Origin: Auanema rhodensis
Lineage: Eukaryota; Animalia; Nematoda
DNA length: 64,000 nucleotides
Assembly (NCBI GenBank): GCA_964057225.1
Contig: OZ059894.1
Span: forward strand, 13,764,001 to 13,828,000
Direction: 5' to 3'
The notes beneath the pieces were generated by a model. That model was not told the origin of the DNA. It saw nothing but the letters and a program-made list of their open reading frames with translations, and searched no databases. The translations under genes were made by a program, and so were the position numbers. Position 1 is the stretch's first letter. The number at the start of each line of letters is the position of its first letter. Below are positions 1 to 10,728 of the stretch, in pieces.

Positions 1-2826
1 AAACAAACTTCTACGACAGCCCAGAGCAGCAACATTCTCATCGTAACGCATGCACAGCGTCAAATCACGAATTAGCTGATCACTGTGCTCACAATTAAGC
101 ATATATAAAGTATTTTCGTTTTTCGTTTTTAGAAAATAGAGAAGGAACAAACAGTAACATTATTTCAGCCTGTTGTTTCACGGGGACAATTTGATGAATC
201 GACATCTATCTGCTCAGTCAACTATAAAGTGTCTGACTAATTGGGATAGCAAAACGGAAGAGCCAAGACATGTAGCTGACTTATCGGAGAATACTGTTTT
301 TTTTGCTTGCGTAGGAGGTTGAAACTTCCAGGAAAAGTTTGAATGTTAGCTCAAAAATAGCGATCAAGGCGAGGTGCGGAAAATAAGTTTATTTTCCAGG
401 CGAAAAAAAGATTTATTTAGTACAGTGGAAGTGCCAAACAGGATTCTTCAAAGCTCGTTCCGAAGTAGAGCAGTAAACGTTATGATCGATGAAGAATGAA
501 ATAGAAAAGCACAAATACAAAAGTATGAAAACATAAGAGAATAAGAATGATATAGATATCAAAAATAAAGAGTTAATATTTAGAAAAATAAGTTTCAAAT
601 GTTCAAGTTGAAAACTTTAAAAACTTAAAAGAAAATTAGAGAAATTCACAATATAATAGAAAACACAAAAAATTATATTTAAATTAACGGAAAGTCAAAA
701 AAAATAGACAATGGCAGAGTCGAAAATTAGAATTTAGTAATGAATAACAATGCATGGAACATGAGTTGAAGTGAAAGACTGAAGAAAATGAAGCTATAGC
801 TCTTCCAACTCTTGGCTGGACAACTGGAGTGGCCGGCGGCAGGATTTTGAAAATGCAAAGTCATCAGGCGGCATGCTTGCTCTTCTACAAGAAGGTGATG
901 AAGGGATAAAACCAGAATTGCGTAGATCCATTGCGGAATTTTTGGAACTTACGCATAGAATATGTGGGGCAGAGAGAAAAAGAGAAGGAGCCTCAAGCAG
1001 AAGCATTGAAAGTGGGCGGATCATCTCGCCAACGGTGTACAGTAAGCTGATATAGTGTTGAGTTTTAGAGAAATTAGAGAAATGTTACATGAAATCGATT
1101 GATGGACTTGATGGATTAGAAGAGAGACGACAATTATTACAAGAGAGAGCATTGAATAACTGGAAAAGAAAGAACATGAATCATTTGGAGCTTTTTATCC
1201 CTGTACATCTATAACGATGACAACGGCGCTACGAAACACACATAAACAGAGCGAAGACATCTACTACATCAACAGATATGCGTTATTCCCCTCTCCTAAG
1301 TTCAAAGTCTATCCAAGATCTAGCTAAATGTAAGTTAGATTAAGCTCCAGGTACGTGAAGAGCGCCGTAGAACTTGATGCAAACTTTGGTCAACTGTAAA
1401 CTCTTATGCCAAGAATAAGCCGACGGACATATTCAAATAGATGAGCCGCAAAAGATCTTAGTTGTTTCGTAATGATACAAAAACAGATAGAAAGAAACTA
1501 TGATAAATTTAAAAAATAAATATACATAAATTGCATAGTAAGTTGCAAGTTTTGAATTCTTAGCGTATTTCAGATGCCAGCTTACCATTACATGAATAAA
1601 CTTTTGAAATAAATTTAAGATAAAGAATATAATCGTATTCGAATGAAAACTTTACAAAGATTGTCTGAAATAAGATCAAAGAAGAAAGCTTAAAAATGAT
1701 CGAATGTTATTAAAAACGACGAGTATCACCACGTGTGTAAATTTGCGGCTCAGACATGTGCATGCGCTGAAGAATCCCGAAGATTCAGAATTAAGTATTT
1801 GGAACGGCCGTGATTTATCAGCACAGAGAAAGTACTGCTGGTGATCGAACATCTTTTTTCTCTTATCCTCTTCATTCATCTTTCATCCCTCTTCACTTCT
1901 CCAGATCATTTTATATATTTTGTTCCCGCTTCTGTCACTCCACATTTCAAATTTTTGTATTTGATTATCATCTGGACAAAGTTTAGGGTCATTACGGCAT
2001 TTGTAACATCTGATACATTAAAAGTATGGAGATCGTTAAGCAATTGAATCCGAGGGAGTAACGATGAAACAACTTGAATATAATTAAACTAATAAAGACT
2101 TTTTTCTACTTTCATCTATTGAATATAAAACAACTCTTTCATTAGTTTTCTTTAAAAAAGTTGCGAAAAATTATAAGAGTCTGTTAGATTCGCAACTTTA
2201 TATCAACATGCTGGTAAAAGGAAACATATTTGTTTCGAGAACTTTATACAAATAGTATCAGGACTTGAGCTAGTATATAGTAGACCAAGGTGAATTACTT
2301 TTTCAATTGCAGGTTGTATCATACAACATGTTTGAACTGAGCACTAACAGGAAATCATTGAGCTGTTCCTGAAATTCTTCTTCAAAAGCCACTTCATTGG
2401 ACATGTGAAATGTTTAGTTACACCTAATAACTCACATGTAAAAACTACTTTACTGTTGAAAATTGAAACAATTTGTCCAAGTAACAAAGTGTCTTCATCG
2501 AGGCTTGAAGCCAGCCATTGAAATCGTCAAGTGGCAGACACTTTAAATTTTACACGACATCACTATCCCACAGTTTGTCATATCTCAAAGATGTGACTGA
2601 TTCTAATGTGTTAAAAATAAGAAATATTTCAGAATATGCTTATTGAAATTTTAGGTTAAAATCGAAATACGCGGTAAAGATGTTAATTAACACATTCATT
2701 TCTATTTTATTTAATTAGTATGCCGGTTGCATTTTTTTATACTCACGCATGTTGATACAGAATTAATATTATTTAAACAATGGTATATTGTAGAAGAAAT
2801 ATGCATAGTACTTCGATTAAAATCAC

Positions 2827-3461
2827 ATGCTTTATTTCTTGATTCTCAACATCTTAAAACAAAAGCCAGATATTTCACAATTTTACAGCATTATTTCATT
2901 GGAAACCTTTTTTTATCATTTGCTCTTCTCGGATTTAATTTTTAATGCACGTGAGTTAACCAATGCCTGTCCCAATAGGAAGCCTCCTATCGATGTAATA
3001 GGCAAACAATGCTTTTTGGTGTGTGACAGCCTCGACGTTGACGTGCAACCGGTTCTGCTCCACCCCATTCTCGATTCTTTTGGCAGTCAGCAATGCCCAC
3101 GGCGGTTTAGGTCATTCGACATTGATTCGTCGTGTCTTTATAGTATTCGAAGAAGCATTCTACACTTCGTCACTACTAAGCAATACAGCTTTACTCAACA
3201 GATGCGTAATATAGTCCTACTTTCAATTCTATTTGTAGTATGCTGCAGCGCCTGTAATAGTCCCTGTACTAATGAAGACTCTAGCACCTTTCTTGGTGCC
3301 ATAAGGTAGGCACTAAATAACTTATCTTATCTGACACATCGTAACCTAGATCAACAATGACTCTCAACTCACCTAATAGAAAATTTTCTCGTATAGACAC
3401 TATTGCCTGCGTACTTCTTTTATATGTTATTGATATTTTATTGTTGTCATTCACTCTTTGA
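2827..3461 (+). CDS. Small orphan Cys-rich protein with hydrophobic C-terminus (putative GPI- or tail-anchored), about 196 aa
   Basis: The ORF from ATG 2827 reaches a donor at 3306 (AG|gtaggc). A typical 44-nt intron (3306-3349) joins it in frame to ...[27 protein letters not shown] (TGA 3459-3461). AATAAA lies at 3473. An optional in-frame 51-nt intron lies at 2951-3001. The start codon is uncertain. Confidence 0.55.
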
Positions 3462-3511
3462 AAAAAATGAAAAATAAATGTATATAACAATTTATTGAAA
3501 ACAACAAGAAA

Positions 3512-4033
3512 TTAACGGTAAGATTTCTGGTAGCGAGCACGGGCACCTGGACCTCCGAACTTCTTGGACTCACGGCGGCGAGGATCAGAGACGAGGAGAG
3601 ACTTGTCGTAGATAGCAAACTGCTCCTTGAGTTCTCTCTTGCTCTGCTCATCAACGTACTTGTGATAGTAAGCAACCTGAACGTAGACAAATAGAAAACT
3701 AAAAATTCAAAACCGCATACCAGAGCTCTGGCGATAGCCTGGCGAATAGCGTAGACTTGGGCGACATGTCCTCCACCATTTACTCTGACTCTGATGTCAA
3801 CATCTTGGAAGCGGTCCTTTCCAACAACGAGGAGAGGCTCCTATAAATTTTGTTAAGGAATTAATAAATATATACAAGAATACCTGAAGCTTCAAACGGA
3901 GGATCTGGGGCTCTAAGTGCTCCAATGGACGTCCGTTGACCTTGATGAGACCACGTCCTTGCTTGCAATGAGCAACAGCGGTAGCAGTCTTCTTACGTCC
4001 GTAAGTCTGCACAGACTTAAGCTTATCAGCCAT
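3512..4033 (-). CDS. rps-16: 40S ribosomal protein S16 (uS9)
   Basis: Exons 4033-3884, 3840-3721 and 3676-3512. Translation [24 protein letters not shown]...[13 protein letters not shown]. Unpaired TTTTAG acceptor 6 nt before the ATG; AATAAA at about 3492-3497. Confidence 0.98.
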
Positions 4034-4222
4034 GGTACCCTAAAACAAAGTTAAAAATAACATAAAGTTGCAAAGCACTAGATATAGAAGCTGATCAAAA
4101 CAGCTAACTTAACAAAATATGAAGAAAAATATGTACAGGATTCAACTTTGAACAATTCAACAGCAAAAAGCAACAAGTTCAACAAATTAGTCAAATAACA
4201 ATAACGGATAACAATTAACGAA
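4034..4222 (-). promoter_or_regulatory. fib-1 3'UTR / fib-1-rps-16 intercistronic region with trans-splice acceptor
   Basis: About 180-nt U-rich spacer ending in TTTTAG (AG at 4041-4040). Same order and orientation as the C. elegans fib-1/rps-16 operon. Confidence 0.8.
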
Positions 4223-5399
4223 TTATTGTTTCTTTCCCTTGGGCCTGTACTCAGCAACAACAATAGCGTGGTCACGCTCATATGGTTCTAGTGTGACTTG
4301 CTCTCTGGGTTTGAACTTTTCTTCCTTTAACTTATTAACTTCTCCAGTAAAAACAGCAGCTGGTTCAGCAGTACTGTCAATACAGTTAGCCTTGATAGAA
4401 ATAACGGCATGTCCACCGTTTTTCAGGAAGTTATGAGCGTTAAGGGCAACAATTCTAGCTTGATCTGGCTGGGCAACATCGGAGAAGATAGTATCGACCA
4501 TTCCAACGAGCATTCTGTATTTGTGGGGGTGACGAGCATCCTCAACAATTGGAACGATGTTAGTACGTTTCTTAGCAACATTAAGAAGATCTCTTCCAGA
4601 ACGGTGGGAGAATTCAACAGCGTATACAATACCTTCCTGCAAAATAAAATATTGCCAAAGAAAAAGAAATTTCACTAACAGGGCCAACGAGATCAGAGCA
4701 ATGAGATACAGTTGTTCCAGAAGCAGCTCCCAAATAAAGAAGCTTAGTTCCGGGTCCAATATGAATATTTTCTAATCCTCCCATCATACCAGCAGCTAAC
4801 TTAGATCTGAAGGGATTCCACACACGGTATTCTACAGAGGTACCAGTAGCATCTTCTACAGAAACACGCTTCTCTCCATATACAGACTCTCCTACAACCA
4901 TATTCTTGGTGGCAAGAGCATCTTCCTTTCCCTTAGCAATGAAGACACCTAAATATCTTAATTAAAAAAGAATGGAAAAATAATACTTACCGTCGTATCT
5001 GTGAGGCTCAACAATAACACTCTTTCCACCTCTCATTCCACCACCACGGCCTCCTCTTGGAGCTCCACGACCACGGGGTCCACCGCGTGGGGATCCACGT
5101 CCACCACGAGGAGATCCTCTGAAAATATATAACTATAAAAGTACCAAGATATAATCATACCTGCCACCGAAACCTCCACCAAAACCTCCGCGATCTCCAC
5201 CGCCACGACCACCTCTGAATCCTCCTCTATCTCCAAATCCTCCTCTGTCTCCGAAACCTCCGCGTCCACCTCTGAATCCTCCACGGTCACCGCCACCGCG
5301 TCCACCGCGGAAACCTAAAGTATCATTCGATAACTAAAAAAATTAAAAAAAAAAGCACTAACCTCCGCCACCACGAGGAGAGAATTCGGGTCTTCCCAT
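4223..5399 (-). CDS. fib-1: Fibrillarin (box C/D snoRNP 2'-O-methyltransferase)
   Basis: Exons 5399-5363, 5314-5161, 5118-4991, 4948-4680 and 4636-4223. MGRPEF start, RGG/GAR domain, [33 protein letters not shown] and LEPYERDH motifs. Confidence 0.98.
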
Positions 5400-6079
5400 T
5401 ATAAAAGCTAAATAGTTACAACTAAATTCAATACACGTAAGAGGGGTTCAAAACAGACCACTATGCAAGGATGCAAGAGTTGGTGTTTTAACGAGTAAAT
5501 TAAGAGAACTTTCACATTATATCCTACTATGGTTTCATATCACGCACTGATTACGTTCATACTAATTACACGTAATCAGCATCAAAAAAAAACAATTCTC
5601 AAATTTACTATAAAAGAAGAACATCGAGCAGCAATTTTCCTTTAAAAACGAGGAAAAATTGGGATTCAACGTTCAAAAATATGTATGTGGTTTTTCGGCA
5701 CTGGAATACGGTAGGTTTGTAATCGCGTCAGGACGCATACTACAATGCTGTAAAAAGTGCGCGCCGTTGGAAATAATTAAAGTAGTGATTTGAATCTATT
5801 TATTTTTTCATACATGGTCAAACACTGAGTAAGGGTTAATTAAAGTAGAAATAGAGTTATAAATACAGTTAAGTATATATCTCAAGTTATCAATTTTTAT
5901 GGGTTCTAGATTATTAGTATCGTGTAAAACAAGTAAACTTTTCTTTAAATTATTCGATCTAAAAGGCATTGATGTGTAAAAGTGTATCTCTACATAAATT
6001 TACACCGTTTAATGTAGAATTACATTATGTATAGTTTGTTTAGGGGAAAGCCACATTCTTCTGACAATATGAATAAAGC
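5400..6079. promoter_or_regulatory. Divergent promoter region between fib-1 and the DEAD-box gene pair
   Basis: Head-to-head ATGs about 680 bp apart. Unpaired TTTAG acceptors near both starts (about 5408 on -, 6043 on +). GC-richer motif block at 5707-5765. Confidence 0.6.
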
Positions 6080-8179
6080 ATGATCAAACTAGAAGACATA
6101 GGTCTCATTAGTCTCGTTTTATCCATTTACTAGTTAATTTAGGGTACTATGATTTTTCGTTTACTCAAGGACTCAGCCCTTCACAACTTACAACTCCAAA
6201 ATACAAGAATGTAAGGTGTCTCAACTAAATTTAAGTCATTCTATGTTTTAGTTTGACAAGCTTTTGCCTTTAACGGATAGTTCTTTCTCAAAATGTAATT
6301 AATTTCATTTTAATTAGTTAATGAACTATTTTCAAGTTAATTTTAATGCTGGATACACTACTGAAGATGTGGATGTGTTTAATGACACGATTGAATTCGA
6401 AGCTTCTGCGAAAAGCGGACTCGACAATGTGGACATGAATCTTCTCTTTAGAGACTTATATCCTAGGTCTTTAGGAAAAAACATGTTATCTAATTTAGAA
6501 GAAGCAAAAATTCAATCTTTAAATTATCTACAGGAATATATGTTTACGTTATGTTGCCTAGGTATGTCATTCTGAAATTTAAAAAGTTTGAAAAAGAAAT
6601 TTAGATCAACCATTTGTTTTGTATGGTGATATGAAATCGGGGAGACAAACCGGTTATTTGTTACCTTTACTAGAGAAACTTTCTCAAGCCAAAGAGGGTA
6701 GACCAACGGTAAAACTACTTCAATTGATTCAGAAGTAAATTATGGAATTGCAGAAATGGGAAGGTCCCTCTATGCTGATTGTAACATTCACTGAACAAAG
6801 GGCGAGGCATATATCGCTTGTCTTAGAAAAATTAATTAAAGGTTTAGTTTTGGTTATTTTATAATTATACAAAAGAGATTGAAGGGCTGCGAGTCAAATC
6901 TGTTTCCATGCTTCACGAATGTGATTTTTCTTTAGTTGGCGCTGATGTATATATAAGCAGAATAAGCCATCTTACCGATTTTATCAAAAAGAATGAAGTA
7001 GGTACAACATACGATTGTTATATTACTCTATGACTTTAGGTTGATCTTAGTGTAACTGATTACCTAATTATTGAAGAATGCAATAAAGCTTCAAATCCCG
7101 ATTATGCACAAAAGCTGAATAAACTTCATCATATTTTTTCGCGTTGCTCAGGCATTGTGAATTCTAACTGGTTATTTTTATTTTTAAACTGTGTTCTTGC
7201 AGCCATATCAAACATATTTAATATACGAAAAGTATACTAAAATGGAGCCTGTGCTTGAGGGATTTCATAGTGATCGTCACTCAATTTTAAAATTTCATAA
7301 GTCTTTGAAAACGTCTTCATTCCATGTGCATGTAGTGATGTTTTACGAAGTGATATTTTTTTGGTAATTTTCATCGAATTCTGATAGTTTAGAAAAGCAA
7401 ATGGTTAAACTATCGAAAAATGCGAGCTTTGCAAAAGCAATTAATAAGTTCTGATGCCATGGAATTCGGTAAGACAAATGCTATTTATTCAATATAAAGA
7501 ATTATTCAATAGAAACGAAAGAAAATAGATGGCTTATATTTACGTCATCAGCCTCTTCTGTTAATTATCTTTGTGGGTATTTAAGTAACCGTCTAAGAGC
7601 ACCACCAATTCCTTTGACTATGTTGGAACAACTTATTCTATTAGTTTATACATTATACTATACAGGGCGACAGATCAAATAGGAATAGAGAATGCAACTG
7701 GCAATTTCCGCGAAAGACATAATGTTATGATAGCAGAGTATGCCATGATTGATAAGATTCCTGAATCTGGATATATAGGAAATGTATGTGTTTGAGTTTT
7801 TATAGTTAAAATGTTCATTAATTACAGATTATATGTTTTGACTTGCCAGAGACACATCTATTTTTCCAGTATTTGACCAAGATGAAAATATTAGCCCGTA
7901 ATGTTAAAGGAAATCTTTGTATCTTTTTTAACCCTTTAATTGATGTGAATAAAACGCCTGAAATTTGTAAAGTAAGTGTTTCCTGTAAATCCAATTCCTA
8001 ATGCAATTTTTAAGTTTCTACGCAAGTGTAAAGAACCGTTAAGTAAAGATCTCCATGATTTGGTTGAATGGCATCGACAGATGATGACTAAAGAAAGGAT
8101 CCGTGGAAGCTATCCGTTAGTTTGGGCAAAGCTCAAACATACGGAAAGCCTTCCAAAGTTTTATCATAGTGATTTATAA
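6080..8179 (+). CDS. Degenerate DEAD-box-fold protein (predicted pseudo-helicase), Vasa/GLH-related
   Basis: 13 exons splice via short GT-AG introns into one open frame (MIKLEDIG...FYHSDL*). The motif order of a DEAD-box core is retained but degenerate: Q region LNYLQ, motif I GDMKSGRQTGYLLP, motif II IIEECNK, motif IV WLIFT, and CFDLP followed by no HRIGR. Confidence 0.75.
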
Positions 8180-8373
8180 CGTAATTGCTTTTTTACCATA
8201 AGCTAAAGCATCACATTGTTTTTAATAGTTGTATATTTATTTTATATTCATAATGTTATTATTTGTTTTACTAAAACACTAATTTAAAAAATCTTAATTA
8301 ATTCTTATTAAAGCGTTGTGCTTCGTATACTTTAAAGTCTCTCATATTTTGTTTTTATTTGAAAACATCTTAG

Positions 8374-10728
8374 ATGCTTTCAACTGGCATATATAAGCCT
8401 GAACTGAAAACAAATGGAAATGAAAGGCGACGTAGAAGATTCGGTAGGATTATCGAAACTTCTCATTACCAAACCGATTGATTATTGTAGTGGATCTGAA
8501 TATCGAAACCGATGAACTTAAGCATACGACAGGTGAAAATTTAACAGAACATTGGGAATATCATTTGACCAATATGAAATATTTTGGTCCTGCTAAATGT
8601 GCTAATATAGAGCCTATTAGGTATTTTCTAATTCGTAAATTTATATTTCTATAATAATAGTGGGTTCCATGATTGTGGCTTGGATGAGCAATTGATAAAA
8701 AATGCCCAATCCATATTTCAAGAACTATCCCCTCTTCAGAGATATACGATTCCTATAATTTTGTCGAATACTGGTTCGTATCTCTTTGTTTCTCTAATAA
8801 GTCTTATTCTAGGCCATGTATTGGTTAAAGCACAAACTGGGTCTGGTAAAACAGCCTCCTTTGCTCTTCCGGCTATTCAAACTGTTATTAACGCTCATAG
8901 AAATGAAGGGTATGGACTTTCAAAATATTAACTAAAGCTAACATATTTAACAGGAAGAATGATTCACCTTTGGTAATTATTTTAACAAATACTTGTAACT
9001 TGGCTCTGCAAACGTTTAAACATTGTTCCAAATTCGCTGGGTTTAATCAAGCAACTCATGGCATGTGTAAGCATGGTTATCACTTTATTATTTAATGTTT
9101 TAGAAAGTAATGTTCAATGCTCCGTATCCGTTCTAACTAGTGGGGCTGCAGCCAAGTAAGCCTCAAAGGCGTATTGAATAACATATTTCGAATTTAAGGA
9201 TGGCAGGACAGAAAACAATAACCAGTGATATAGTTATAGCAACAATGGGAAGTCTTTTAAAAGAATTATCAGAACAACGAGTTCGTATCTTCATAGAGTC
9301 ATATTTTCATATATATGCATATTCAGCTGTCTTTAAATAAATTGAAGTTGCTTATATTAGACGAAGCAGATAAGATGATGGAAAATTCTGCTTTTGGTCA
9401 GGATGTAATTACCATGTACGAATCATATATACCAGAAATGACCCAAGTTTGTTATCATGTTTTTTTAAATTGTAAAATTGAAACTTAGAAAAATTTACTT
9501 GTTGGAATGTTCTCTGCAACGTATGAAAATGATAATGGGCAAATGATTTTTAATAATGTGATGGACATCGTTTTTAGGTTTTGTTGAGTGTTTCTTTGAT
9601 TTTTATTTTTAATTATTATAGAAAGGAAACAGACATTAATATTGTGATGGTCCCAAGCATGAAAGGATTTATTGACCAGAGAATCATTCAAGTTAGAATT
9701 TCTCTTTCTGATTCCCTTGAAATTACACGATTAAGATTAAAATGAGTGATCGTATGACGTTTGTCAACTCGACCATTCGTCGTATGAACTGTTGTATATT
9801 ACAAAAGAAATTGAGTTGGCTTACTGCTCTACTTGATGCCGATCTAAGAGAACAGAATACTAGTAAACAAGGTGATATAAGTTGTTCATTTCAAATTTAT
9901 TGAAATTTACTTTCAGGGCCTTATGAAAAACTAACTTTCATATTTGTCGGAAAGAAGATGATGTGTAACTATTTGGCTAGCTACTTATCTGTGAAAGGTT
10001 ATAATTTTTGTCCATATAATAGGTTTGAATAGTAGGATTTTCCCACTTTTTAATTATTAATTTTAGCGATTTTGATCTCACCTATACAAATGAAGTTGAT
10101 AAAAAAATTCGAAATAAATCAGTTCACGGAATTGTTGCTACCAACAAAGTTGCTAGGGGAGCTGACCTGCCTTTTGTTGCTCACGTATGTTGAACCATGT
10201 TCTACTTTCTTTTATTTCCATTTTAGGTTATTATTTTTGATATGGATCCTGATTTTTCTGTTTATGAGCACAGGTTTGTTTGTAACTTTGTTTTTAAAAA
10301 ATAGAAATATTTAAATTAGAATTGGACGTACAGGCAGAGCTGGTCACAAAGGAACATCTACTATACTTTTTGATACTACACAAGATTTTAAGTTGACACC
10401 TCAGATATATGAAGTTGGATTAGTTTTTAAAAATTGATATAATTATTTATCACTATTAGTTTTTTCTTGAACATGGTCAAATGATTCCAAGCTGGCTCCA
10501 ATGCAGTGCATTTGAAACATTAAGACAAGCTAAAAGGTATGCTAATCTTTGATGATGTTGTATTAATATTTATTTGTTTTCAGCTTTTATCAAACCGACT
10601 TGTAAGTTACTTTATTCACTTAATAAATAATAACTTTGATACATTGACTTTGTAGCGGAGATGATACTGAACTTCAAGATGACGATGACGATGATGATTA
10701 TGGTGTATGCGAATATATACAAGAATAA
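8374..10728 (+). CDS. DEAD-box RNA helicase, Vasa/GLH/DDX3-related (divergent)
   Basis: Multi-exon ORF with SPLQ (Q), AQTGSGKT (I), LDEADKM (II), FSAT (III), FIFV (IV), ARGAD (V) and HRIGRTGRAG (VI). It ends QMIPSWLQ followed by an acidic tail DDTELQDDDDDDY. Includes an 18-nt microexon at 10584-10601. Confidence 0.9.

Noticed and set aside
794-1055. Overlapping ORFs of 76 aa (-) and 60 aa (+)
   Set aside because: No recognisable domain and no in-frame splice partner found.
2964-3010. H/ACA-like hairpin followed by ACA
   Set aside because: A single hairpin that overlaps an ORF or splice acceptor, with no convincing second hairpin or target.
3104-3112. GGTTTAGGT (ACCUAAACC on -) as a telomerase RNA template for TTAGGT repeats
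   Set aside because: A 9-mer match only. The region is better explained as a + strand spliced CDS, no supporting telomerase architecture is visible, and most nematodes use TTAGGC.
3512-5399. Intronic snoRNAs in rps-16 or fib-1
   Set aside because: All introns are about 42-48 nt, too short to host one.
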